Assembly (NCBI GenBank): GCA_965203055.1
Contig: OZ241863.1
Span: forward strand, 1,952,001 to 2,016,000
Source of the DNA: Spirochaetia bacterium
GTDB lineage: Bacteria > Spirochaetota > Spirochaetia > SZUA-6 > Bin103
DNA: 64,000 nucleotides
Reading direction: 5' to 3'
The position numbers and the translations under genes were made by a program. Positions 30,653 through 39,852 of the stretch are shown here, in pieces. Below the pieces are notes generated by a model. That model was not told the origin of the DNA. It was given only the letters and a program-made list of their open reading frames with translations, and made no database searches. Positions within the stretch are counted from its first letter, which is position 1, and every line of letters starts with the position of its first letter.

Positions 30653-32272
30653 ATGAGGATCGCCGAACACTCCCTGCACGACCAGGTATTCGAGGCGTGG
30701 CGCAGCCCTGGCCGCTTCACCAAGAATCCCGACCTGATTCGCCTCCCCTCCGGCCGCCTGCTGCTGGTGTACGCCGACACCGACCGGCACTGGGCCAGCG
30801 ACTACGTGATCCTCACGCTGCTGGCCAGCGACGACGGCGGCCGCACCTGGCGCAAGCAGGCGGAGGTGGCGCGCGCCGACCTGCGGCGCGGCGACGAACG
30901 GCTGGTCACGCCGCGCCTGAGCCGGCTGCGCGACGGGCGGCTGGTGATCCTCTGCGACCGCGACGACGACGGCCACTTCCACCCGGATCAGCCGCCCGCC
31001 AATCTGGCGTGGTGGAGCGCGGACGACGGCGGCACCTGGGGGCCGGCGCAGGAGACCGGGATCATGGGCTTCGAGCCGGACCGGATGCTGGAGCTGGGCA
31101 ACGGGCGGCTGGCGGTGTTGTCTCACCTCCTGCGCCCCGACAGCCAGGAGTTCGCCGAAATCTTGTCGCTGTCGGAGGATGGCGGGACGACGTGGCGCAC
31201 CGCGGCGGAGGTGGCGCACGACGGCTACCACCGCTTCTGCGAAGGGGCGCTGGTGTTCCTGAACGGCGGCCCCGACGGCGGCCCGGACGACGGCGGCGAG
31301 CTGGCCTGCGTGATGCGCGAGAACCACTCCGCCGGCATCCCCTGCTTCGTCGCCTTCTCCAACGACCACGGCGCCACCTGGTCGCCGCCGCAGATGTGCC
31401 CGTTCGCGTTGCACCGCCCCTATGCCAAGCGCCTGGCCGACGGCCGGGTGCTGGTGACCGGGCGCCACGTCAACGGCGGGCTCGGCACCTACGCCTGGTG
31501 CGGCGACCTGCGCGCCGAGGCCGGCACGCACCAGGTCGGCGGACCGCGGCGCAAGTTCGCCGCCGAGTTGACCGCCGGCGCGCTGCGCATCGACAACCGC
31601 CCCGGCCACGAGTGCCGGTTCAGCCTGCTGCCGCCGGAGGGCAGCCGCAGCGAGATCCTGTTCGAGGCCGAGGTGAAGGTGTCCGGCAGCGAGCCGGCGG
31701 CGTTCCTGTCGCTGTCGCGGCTGGTCTCCAACCGCGGCCCGGTGGTGCTGTACCTGGCCGGCAATCACTTGGCGCTGGCCGACCGGCGCCCGGTAGCGGT
31801 GGACTTCTCCCGCTTTCGGACCGTGCGGATCAGCCATCGCGGCGGGCTGCTGCAGGTCCGCGTGGACGGCGAGGTGGTGCGCGCCGCGTCGGTGTTCCAC
31901 GAGGAGCTGGCGCTGAGCGAGTTCATGCGCGGCGGCCCGCTGCACGCGCGCACGATGTTCGGGCAGCTCGGCGACGCCGGCGCCAGTTGGTGGCGCCGCG
32001 TGCGCTACGAGACGCGCAACCCGCGGCTCACCGACTGGCGCTGGAGCTGGGAGGCCGCCGCCGGGCGCTGGCCCGACCAGTATCAACGCGACCGGCTGAC
32101 CCAGATCCACGGCAACCACCCCGAGCAGCAGCCGGGGCCCGATCACGGCTACTCCTCCTGGCTGCAGCAGGAGGATGGCGCCATCGTCTTCGTCGACTAC
32201 ACCAACCTGGGCGACGACGGCGGCAAGAGCCACCTCGTCGGAGCGCTCATCCGCCCGGAGGAACTGGCCTAG
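30653..32272 (+). CDS. Sialidase-like BNR/Asp-box beta-propeller protein
   Basis: Asp-boxes SDDGGRTW, SADDGGTW, SEDGGTTW, SNDHGATW; DHGYSS. Confidence 0.8.
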   Translation: MRIAEHSLHDQVFEAWRSPGRFTKNPDLIRLPSGRLLLVYADTDRHWASDYVILTLLASDDGGRTWRKQAEVARADLRRGDERLVTPRLSRLRDGRLVILCDRDDDGHFHPDQPPANLAWWSADDGGTWGPAQETGIMGFEPDRMLELGNGRLAVLSHLLRPDSQEFAEILSLSEDGGTTWRTAAEVAHDGYHRFCEGALVFLNGGPDGGPDDGGELACVMRENHSAGIPCFVAFSNDHGATWSPPQMCPFALHRPYAKRLADGRVLVTGRHVNGGLGTYAWCGDLRAEAGTHQVGGPRRKFAAELTAGALRIDNRPGHECRFSLLPPEGSRSEILFEAEVKVSGSEPAAFLSLSRLVSNRGPVVLYLAGNHLALADRRPVAVDFSRFRTVRISHRGGLLQVRVDGEVVRAASVFHEELALSEFMRGGPLHARTMFGQLGDAGASWWRRVRYETRNPRLTDWRWSWEAAAGRWPDQYQRDRLTQIHGNHPEQQPGPDHGYSSWLQQEDGAIVFVDYTNLGDDGGKSHLVGALIRPEELA

Positions 32273-33539
32273 TCCGCCACCTGCTGCACCAGAAGCCGCT
32301 TGCCCGCCAGCGTCTGGCGCGCCCAAAACAGGTTGTGGTATTGATCGTTGCCCTCCTCCGCCAGTATTGCGTGGGCGGTCGCGCCGCTGCCCCCTCCGCC
32401 CGTAATCGTAACGGCGGGCGGTGACGGGTAACCGCTCCCCCGGTTCGTGACCGTCACCGACGTGACCTGGGTTTGCAGCACCGCGCTGCCGGTTGCCGTC
32501 CGGGGAGAACCACCGCCCGTCGAGGTCTGAAAGGTCACGGTCGGGGCGGACGTGTAGCCGCTCCCGGGGTTCGCGATCGTCACTCCGGTTACTTTTCGGT
32601 ACGCCACCTCCACGCGGGCGGCCGCACCGCTGCCCCCTCCGCCCGAGAACGTAATGGCAGGGGGAGACGTGACGCTGTAGCCGCTCCCCCGGTCCCCCAT
32701 GTCATAGGCGAAGACTCGACCGTTCTGTATAAGGATCGTTACGGTTGCCTGGGTGCCGCCTGAGCCGGCCGGCGGAGGGTCGATCGTCGCGATTGGGGGG
32801 GAGGTGTAACCGCTCCCCAGGTTCGAGAAAATCGGCCTGGTTACTTCGGCTGTCATCGTCGTCGTTCCGGTCGCCGTGGTGCCGCCGGACGGCGCCGCCC
32901 CGAACGTCACGGTTGGACAACACCCGGAGTAGTAATAGCCGCGTTCCGACCCCATCTGCACTCGCGCCACGCCGCCGGGCCCCACCGCGGCGCCGGTTGC
33001 CGCGGTGCCGCCTGCCGGCGGCGCCGCGATCGTCACGGTGGGAACCGAGGTGTAGCCGCTCCCCCGGTTCGTGAGCCTCACCGACTCCACGAAGCCCAGG
33101 TTTTCGGTCTGATCCGGAGCGGTGAGCACCAGCGCCACCGCGCCCGCCCGAACCTCGGCGGCAACCGTCCACTCCGCGCCGGAGATGTCGGACGCGAAGA
33201 CCGGTTTGGCGCTCGTGCTCGTGAACGGCAAATCGTGTCCGCCAATCGAAACGCTCACTTTGGCGCCGGCGGTGATCGGCTCCCACTCATACGGCGCGGA
33301 ACGGTTGGACACTTCGCCCATCAGGTCCAGTTCGTCATTACCAAAGTCGGTCGCGCCGATCGTCCAGCTCTTCTCGATCTTCTCCGCCGGCTGCGGAGTG
33401 GGCGTCGGCTCACTCGGAGGCTTCCCCCCCCCCCCCCCCGGGCGGCGGTCATGGCGGGCGGCCGCGCCGCCGGCTCGCACGCCATCAGCGCGGCGATACC
33501 GGCCGCCAGCAACAGCGACAACAACGATGCTCTACTCAC
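32269..33539 (-). CDS. Putative lipoprotein with six GSGY-type repeats, frameshifted at a G16 tract
   Basis: SD AGGAGG + GTG 33539; signal MSRASLLSLLLAAGIAALMA-C; body continues in another frame after 33424-33439. Confidence 0.75.
33424..33439. repeat. C16 (G16 on coding strand) homopolymer
   Basis: cttCCCCCCCCCCCCCCCCggg; the only such tract seen in the window. Confidence 0.95.
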
Positions 33540-33672
33540 AGGTCCCCTCCTGGCCGCGGCAGGGTAGCACGCGCTCCCCGCTTTACCAACCGTCGGCGCG
33601 CGCGCGGCGCGGCGTCTTGGCCGGTTCGGCGGGACTGCTCATGCGGCGCGCGGCGCGGTATCCTTGGCCGGT

Positions 33673-34209
33673 ATGACGCTGCGCGAGTTGTTCGCGGCGG
33701 TGGACGCCGCGCGCGTGCCGCTGCTGATCGGGATGGGGGCGGTGGTGGCGCTGTCCGGCCTGCTGGGCCTGGCGCACGGCCGCGGCAACGGCGGCCGTGC
33801 GCCGTGGCGCTACCTGTACGCGGTCCTGGTGTACGCCGCCTGCGGGCCCGGCATCTTCGCCGCGGTGGCGGTGATCTACGCCCTGCTGTTCTCCGGCGAG
33901 AACCTGCTCGACCTCAACGCCGCGGTCTACGTAGCGCCGATCGCGTCGATGGTCCTGACCCTGGGACTGATGCGCCGCAACGTCGACTTCGACGAGGTGC
34001 CGGGATTCCAGCGCATTACCGGTCTGATGACCATGATCGGCGTGACCTTCGCCATCGCGCTGGTGCTGCGCAGCCTGCGCGTCTGGCTGTTCTTCAGCGC
34101 CTCGCTGGTGTGGTTCCTGGTGTTGGCCGCGGCCCTGTTCGTGCTGCTCAAGTGGGGCGGCCGGCTGCTGTTCGGGCGGCGCGGGTCACGCGGCGCGCGG
34201 AACCGGTAG
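33673..34209 (+). CDS. Hypothetical membrane protein
   Basis: About five hydrophobic segments; typical codon usage; TATCCT 8 nt before ATG. Confidence 0.75.
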   Translation: MTLRELFAAVDAARVPLLIGMGAVVALSGLLGLAHGRGNGGRAPWRYLYAVLVYAACGPGIFAAVAVIYALLFSGENLLDLNAAVYVAPIASMVLTLGLMRRNVDFDEVPGFQRITGLMTMIGVTFAIALVLRSLRVWLFFSASLVWFLVLAAALFVLLKWGGRLLFGRRGSRGARNR

Positions 34210-34284
34210 GCTGACCGCGAACGACCAGGCCGGCCGGCGGCGCGGCGTTTGACGCCGCGCCGCCGCGGGTCCATGCTGCGGCGG

Positions 34285-35355
34285 ATGTCTTCAGACGCTG
34301 ACGCACTGCGGGTGGCGATGGCCGGCTGCCATCGCTCGGTGACGCCGCAACCCGGTTCCCACAACTGGGCGGCCGGGTTGGCGCAGGCGGCGGAGGCGCG
34401 GGTGGTGGCGGTGTACGACCGCGGCGCCGACACGCGCGCGCAGTTCCGCGCCGCTTGGCGGGACACCTGGGGCGAAGTCGCGGCCTACGACGACTATCAG
34501 CGGATGCTCGACGAGGCGCGCCCCGACGTCGTGTGCATCGCCACCCGCCAGACCCATCACGCCGATCAGATCATCCGCGCCGCGGCCGCGGGGGTGCGCG
34601 GCATCCTGTGCGACAAGCCATTCGCCACCACCCTGGCGGAGGCGGATGCCGCTCTCGACGCCTGCCGCCGCGCCGGGGTGGCCATCGCCTACGGCACCGA
34701 GTGGCGCTGGAGCGAGGAATACCGCTGGCTGGCGCGACAGGTGCGGGACGGAATCGTCGGCCAGGTGCAGGCGATCCTCGCCTGTGGGCTGCCCAACCTG
34801 ATCTTCCACGGCTGCCACTGGTACGACATCGCCCTGCTGCTGGCCGGCGATCCGGAACCGACGTGGGTCAGCGGCCGGGTGAATGAGGCGGACCCGCAGG
34901 AGCGTGACGAGGGGCGCCGCCTTGACCCGCCGGGCCGCGCCTGGGTGGGGCTGGACAACGGCGCCGCGCTCGCCCTGCTGCCGGAGGGCGGCGGGCGCGG
35001 CTTCACCGTCCTGGGCCGCGGCGGCCGGCTGGAGATCGTCAACGACGCCCGCCAGGCGTACCTGTGGGAGGGGCGCTCCGGCGCCCCCGGCGGCGATCAC
35101 CTGGCCGCGGCGCCGGAGGTCCTGGAGTTGCCGCGGCCGGCGGGGCCGTGGCCGCGCGGCGCGGCGCTCGTGCGCGATCTGATGCAGGCGGTGCGCGCCG
35201 GGACTCGCACCCAGTGCGACGTGCCGCAGATTCGGCGCGCCACCGAGATCGGCTTCGCAGTGCACGAGTCGAGCGCCGCCGGCGGGGCGACCGTTCCCCT
35301 GCCCGTTGCCCGCCGCACGCGGCGCATCGATCCGCGCGCGTGGGGCAACGACTGA
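34285..35355 (+). CDS. Gfo/Idh/MocA family oxidoreductase
   Basis: PDVVCIAT..H, ILCDKP, GCHWYD. Confidence 0.88.
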   Translation: MSSDADALRVAMAGCHRSVTPQPGSHNWAAGLAQAAEARVVAVYDRGADTRAQFRAAWRDTWGEVAAYDDYQRMLDEARPDVVCIATRQTHHADQIIRAAAAGVRGILCDKPFATTLAEADAALDACRRAGVAIAYGTEWRWSEEYRWLARQVRDGIVGQVQAILACGLPNLIFHGCHWYDIALLLAGDPEPTWVSGRVNEADPQERDEGRRLDPPGRAWVGLDNGAALALLPEGGGRGFTVLGRGGRLEIVNDARQAYLWEGRSGAPGGDHLAAAPEVLELPRPAGPWPRGAALVRDLMQAVRAGTRTQCDVPQIRRATEIGFAVHESSAAGGATVPLPVARRTRRIDPRAWGND

Positions 35356-35383
35356 CCTGAGGTCAGGCCGGTCCGCTCCGCGC

Positions 35384-36631
35384 GTGGCCCTCCCCTACCA
35401 CCGTGCCCTGCGGCTGGCGCTGGACGCGGCCGCCCCCCCGGACGCGGAGACGGTGCCGCTGAGCGAAGCGGTGGGGCGCGTCACCGCCCGCCCCGTGCGC
35501 AGCGCCGAGCTGTCGCCCAACGCCGACTTGGCGGCCATGGACGGCTACGCGGTGCGCGCCGCCGACCTGCGCCGCGCCGGCGCTGATGCCCTCCTCCGGC
35601 TCACCGTGGCCGGCGCCGCGGCGGCCGGCGATCCGCCGCCGGCGCAGTCGTTCGCCGCCGTGGTCGGCGCCGGCAGCGCGGTGCGAATCGCCACCGGCGC
35701 CCTGCTGCCCGCCGGCTGCGACAGCGTGGTGCCGCTGGAGGAAGTGGTCGAGGTGGAGCGCGGCGCCGCGGTCACGCTCACCGCCCCGGTAGCCGCCGGC
35801 GCCAACGTGCGCCGCGCGGGCGAGGATCACCGTCCCGGCGACCTGGCGCTGGACGCCGGGCAGCGCATCGGCCCGCCCCACGTGCTGCTGCTGGCCAACC
35901 TCGGCTGCGCCCGGCTGCAGGTGGCGCGCCGGCCGCGGGTGACGGTGCTCGCCACCGGCAGCGAGCTGGTCGCCGACCTCACGGCGCCGCTGCGCCCGGG
36001 GCAGGTGCGCAACTCCAACGCGCGCTACCTGCTGGCCGCGGCCGCGGCGCTCGGCTGCGCGCCGCACGCGGCCGCGGTGGTTCCCGATCACCCGCAGGAG
36101 CTGCGCGGCGCGCTGCGGCGGGCGCTGGACGCGGCGCCGCCGCCCGATCTGATCGTAACCATCGGCGGCATCTCGCGCGGCGCCGCCGACTTCGTCCCCG
36201 CGGCGCTGGACGCGCTCGGCGCCGACTACCTGTTCCGCGGCGTGGCGCTGCGCCCCGGCCGGCCGGTGCTGTGCGCGCGCCTGCCGGAGCGCGCGACCCC
36301 GCTGTTCGGCCTGCCCGGCAACCCGCTCGCGGTACTGGCCACGTTCCGGACGCTGGTCGCGCCCTGCCTGCGGGCGCTGCAGGGGCTGCCGCCGGCCGCG
36401 CCGGCGGAGGCGGTGCTCGGCGCCCCGGTCCTCGGGCGCCCGCCGCTGACCCGGCTGGTATTGGCGCGCGGCGCGCGCCCGCCCGGCGGCGGCCCGGAGC
36501 GGGTGGTGCCGGCGGGCGGCCAGAAGGCGTCGCAGGTCGGCGCGCTGCGCCGCGCGGATCGCTGGCTGGTGGTGCCGCCCGATGCCGCGCAGTTGCAGGA
36601 AGGGGCCGCGGTCGCCACCCTGCCCCTGTAG
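35384..36631 (+). CDS. moeA: Molybdopterin molybdotransferase
   Basis: AAMDGYAV, RIATGA, ATGSEL, GQVRNSN, GLPGNP. Confidence 0.9.
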   Translation: MALPYHRALRLALDAAAPPDAETVPLSEAVGRVTARPVRSAELSPNADLAAMDGYAVRAADLRRAGADALLRLTVAGAAAAGDPPPAQSFAAVVGAGSAVRIATGALLPAGCDSVVPLEEVVEVERGAAVTLTAPVAAGANVRRAGEDHRPGDLALDAGQRIGPPHVLLLANLGCARLQVARRPRVTVLATGSELVADLTAPLRPGQVRNSNARYLLAAAAALGCAPHAAAVVPDHPQELRGALRRALDAAPPPDLIVTIGGISRGAADFVPAALDALGADYLFRGVALRPGRPVLCARLPERATPLFGLPGNPLAVLATFRTLVAPCLRALQGLPPAAPAEAVLGAPVLGRPPLTRLVLARGARPPGGGPERVVPAGGQKASQVGALRRADRWLVVPPDAAQLQEGAAVATLPL

Positions 36632-36665
36632 CGCGCGCGGCGCCGCGCGCCACGGGAGGAACAGA

Positions 36666-38756
36666 GTGCTGGGAACGGAAATCCGTCCGGGGCAGCCGCT
36701 GCCGGTGGCGGCGGAGGAGCGTTGCGAGCTGGGCGACGGGCTGTCGGGGACCGCCTTCCTGGTCGACTGGAACGCCGATGGCGGGCGCGACCTCCTCTAT
36801 TCGCTGCTGCCCAACATGCATGGCGGCGGCGTCTACCTGTACCGCGAGCGGCAGGACGCGGCGCGCGCCGCGGTGCCGCTCTACCACCCGCCGCAGCCGG
36901 TCGCCGGGGTGACCGGCTACCACGCCATGCCGCTCATCGACGGCCGCGGCGAGCTGTCCCTGCTCACCTACGGCAACCCCACCCGCGCGGCGCAACGGGA
37001 GCCCGATCCCGGCTGGCTCAAGCTGTACCGCAACCGCGGGCCGCGCGCCGCGCCGCGCTTCGCCGCTCCGGCGCAGCGCGTCCCGGTGGACGGCCGGGCG
37101 CTGGCCGAGGTGTTCGCCGCCGCCGACCTGTGGAACTTCAGCCCGTACCACGCCGCGGGCGTCACCCACCTGGTCATCTCCTGCCTCTACCGCTACCTGC
37201 AGGGGTACTGGCCGGATGCCCGCGGCACCGACCTGCGCGACTACCCCAACCTGGGCGCCGGGCGCGGCTACCGCCCCGACGGCGCCTGGATGGGCGCCAT
37301 GCCGACCACCCGGGTGTTCCTGCTGCGCAACACCGGCAGCAACGCGGCGCCGCGTTTCGGCCCGCCCGAGCTGCTGGCCGAATATCGGTCGTGGGACGGG
37401 CGCACCGACGCCGCGCTGGTGGACGTGGACCGCGACGGCGCCCTGGAACTGCTGGTGCGCCGCGACGTGGACCGGCTGTTCGCCCTGCGCCTGGCGCCGG
37501 CCGCCGCGCCCGGCGCGGAGCTGCCGCGCCTGCGGGCCGCGCAGGGCGCCGGCAGCGCCTGGGAGCTGCTCTGCAGCCCGCTGCGGCGCGGCTACTTCGA
37601 GACCTCGCTGTGCTGCTGCGACCTCGACGCCGACGGCGAAGAGGAGATCCTCATCACCGGCAACCCGGGGGTGGTCATCTGGCTCGACCATGCCGCCGGG
37701 GAATGGCGCGAGCGCCCGCCGTTGCAGCGGGTCGGCGGCGCCGCCCGCGTCGAGACGCTGGCGGTGCCCTGCCTGGCGCCGCTGGGGGGCGGCGGCGCGC
37801 CGGACCTGGTGGCCGGCGACTCCTCCGGCTACCTGTGGCGGTTCGCCAATCGCGCGCCGGGGCCGGGAGCGTTCGACTTCGCGGCCGGCGTCCGGCTCCG
37901 CGCCGGCGGCCGCGAGCTGCATCATCTCGCCGGAGCGACCGGCTCCATCCAGGGGCCGAACGAAGCGCGCTGGGGCTACCTGAACCCGCTGCTCACCGAT
38001 TGGGACGGCGACGGGCTGATCGACGTCATCACCAACGACATCCGCGGCCGCTACTTGTGGTACCGCAACGTGGGCCGCCGGGAGGAGCCGCGCTTCGCCG
38101 CCGCGGCAGCGCTGCGCTGCGGCGAGTCTCCGCTCACCGGCGCCTGGCGCTCGCGCCCCGCGGCGTGGGGCGACGGCGGCCTGCTGCTGCTCAACGGCGA
38201 CGGCTGCCTGCAGCTCTTCCGGCGCGCCGGGTCCGACCCCGCGCGCCTCGAGGCGGGACCGCTCCTGCGCTACCTGGACGGCAACCTGGTGCGCGGCTGC
38301 GGTCCCGGCGGCCTGTGGGGGCGCACCGCCCTGTGCGGCTGCGACTGGGACCTGGACGGCGCCCGCGACCTGGTGGCCGGAAGCTCGTGGATCAATTCGC
38401 GCGTCATCAACGGCCACTTTCCCGCGGCCGCGACCCCGTTCTGGCTGCGCAACGCCGGCAGCGACGCCGAACCGGTGTTCGAGCGGCCGCGCCTGATCAC
38501 GCAGGCGGACGGCGCGATCATCGATCTGGCGTCCCACAAGTGCGCGCCGTGGTGCCACGATCTCGACGGCGACGGCGCTCCCGACCTGATCTGCGGCGCC
38601 GAAGACGGCAAGGTGTACGCCTGGCGCCGCGCCGACCTGCGCTGGGACTGGGACCCGGCCACCCACTTCGCGGCCGAGCCGGTGACCACCACCTCCGGGT
38701 ATGGCGTGGTGATCGCGGTCGATCCCGGCCGCGGCGCCCCGCCGGCGCCCGGCTAG
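36666..38756 (+). CDS. FG-GAP/VCBS repeat beta-propeller protein
   Basis: Multiple DxDxDG repeats (DWNADG, DVDRDG, DLDADG, DWDGDG, DWDLDG, DLDGDG); SD GGAGG + GTG. Confidence 0.8.
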   Translation: MLGTEIRPGQPLPVAAEERCELGDGLSGTAFLVDWNADGGRDLLYSLLPNMHGGGVYLYRERQDAARAAVPLYHPPQPVAGVTGYHAMPLIDGRGELSLLTYGNPTRAAQREPDPGWLKLYRNRGPRAAPRFAAPAQRVPVDGRALAEVFAAADLWNFSPYHAAGVTHLVISCLYRYLQGYWPDARGTDLRDYPNLGAGRGYRPDGAWMGAMPTTRVFLLRNTGSNAAPRFGPPELLAEYRSWDGRTDAALVDVDRDGALELLVRRDVDRLFALRLAPAAAPGAELPRLRAAQGAGSAWELLCSPLRRGYFETSLCCCDLDADGEEEILITGNPGVVIWLDHAAGEWRERPPLQRVGGAARVETLAVPCLAPLGGGGAPDLVAGDSSGYLWRFANRAPGPGAFDFAAGVRLRAGGRELHHLAGATGSIQGPNEARWGYLNPLLTDWDGDGLIDVITNDIRGRYLWYRNVGRREEPRFAAAAALRCGESPLTGAWRSRPAAWGDGGLLLLNGDGCLQLFRRAGSDPARLEAGPLLRYLDGNLVRGCGPGGLWGRTALCGCDWDLDGARDLVAGSSWINSRVINGHFPAAATPFWLRNAGSDAEPVFERPRLITQADGAIIDLASHKCAPWCHDLDGDGAPDLICGAEDGKVYAWRRADLRWDWDPATHFAAEPVTTTSGYGVVIAVDPGRGAPPAPG

Positions 38757-38865
38757 CGGCGCCCGGCGCGGCGGGCAGGCGGTTGCAGGAATCGGGCTTT
38801 TTCGCAAAGCTCAGTCGCGGCGGGCGGCGCGCCGCCCGCTACCAATACAGGGAGGCGATCAAACG

Positions 38866-39852
38866 ATGAAGCGCTTACTAGGAGCAGCAGGCATCGCCCT
38901 GCTGGCGGCCGCGGCCGGCGTGGCCCAGATCAAGCCCGCCGTGGTGTTCGACATGGGGGGCAAGTTCGACAAGTCGTTCAACGAAGGGATCTACAACGGC
39001 GTCGAGAAGTTTCGCGCGGAAACCGGAATCGGCTACGCCGAGTTCGAAGTGGCCAACGAGGCGCAGCGCGAGCAGGCGCTGCGCAACTTCGCGCGGCGCG
39101 GCTACGATCCGATCATCGCCGTGGGCTTCGGCCAGGCGCCGGCGCTGGAGAAGGTGGCCGCCGAATACCCGGACACCAGCTTCTCGATCATCGACATGGT
39201 GGTGGACCTGCCCAACGTGCAGTCGATCGTGTTCAAGGAACATGAAGGCTCGTTCCTGGTCGGCATCATCGCCGCGCTGGCCTCGGAAACCGGCCGGGTC
39301 GGCTTCGTCGGCGGCATGGACATCCCGCTGATCCGCAAGTTCGCGTGCGGCTACGAGCAGGGAGTCAAGCACGTCAACCCCGGCGCCGAGGTGTATCAGA
39401 ACATGACCGGCACCACGCCGGCGGCGTGGAACGATCCGGTGAAGGGCGCCGAGCTGGCCAAGTCGCAGTTCGACCGCGGGGCGGACGTGGTGTTCGCGGC
39501 GGCCGGCGGCACCGGCCTCGGCGTACTGCAGGCGGCCGCGGACGACGGCAAGCTGTCGATCGGGGTGGACTCCAACCAGAACTACCTGCATCCGGGATCG
39601 GTGCTGACCTCGATGCTGAAGCGCGTCGACGTGGCCGCCTACGAGGTGTACCAGACCGCCAGGGACGGCACCTGGAGCCCCGGCATCCGCAACCTGGGGC
39701 TGGCCGAGGATGGCGTCGGCTGGGCGCTGGACGAGCACAACGAGGCGCTGATCAGCTCGCAGATGGCGGAGCAGGTGGACGCCGCGCGCGCGGCGATCGT
39801 CGCCGGCGAGCTGGCGGTGCACGACTACATGGCCACCAACTCCTGTCCGTAG
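38866..39852 (+). CDS. BMP family ABC substrate-binding protein (nucleoside/purine type)
   Basis: GGKFDKSFN; FAAAGGTG; IGVDSNQN; TSMLKRVD. Confidence 0.92.
   Translation: MKRLLGAAGIALLAAAAGVAQIKPAVVFDMGGKFDKSFNEGIYNGVEKFRAETGIGYAEFEVANEAQREQALRNFARRGYDPIIAVGFGQAPALEKVAAEYPDTSFSIIDMVVDLPNVQSIVFKEHEGSFLVGIIAALASETGRVGFVGGMDIPLIRKFACGYEQGVKHVNPGAEVYQNMTGTTPAAWNDPVKGAELAKSQFDRGADVVFAAAGGTGLGVLQAAADDGKLSIGVDSNQNYLHPGSVLTSMLKRVDVAAYEVYQTARDGTWSPGIRNLGLAEDGVGWALDEHNEALISSQMAEQVDAARAAIVAGELAVHDYMATNSCP

Noticed and set aside
32269..33539. Prophage region
   Set aside because: No capsid, terminase, portal or integrase genes nearby; the gene has a lipoprotein signal.
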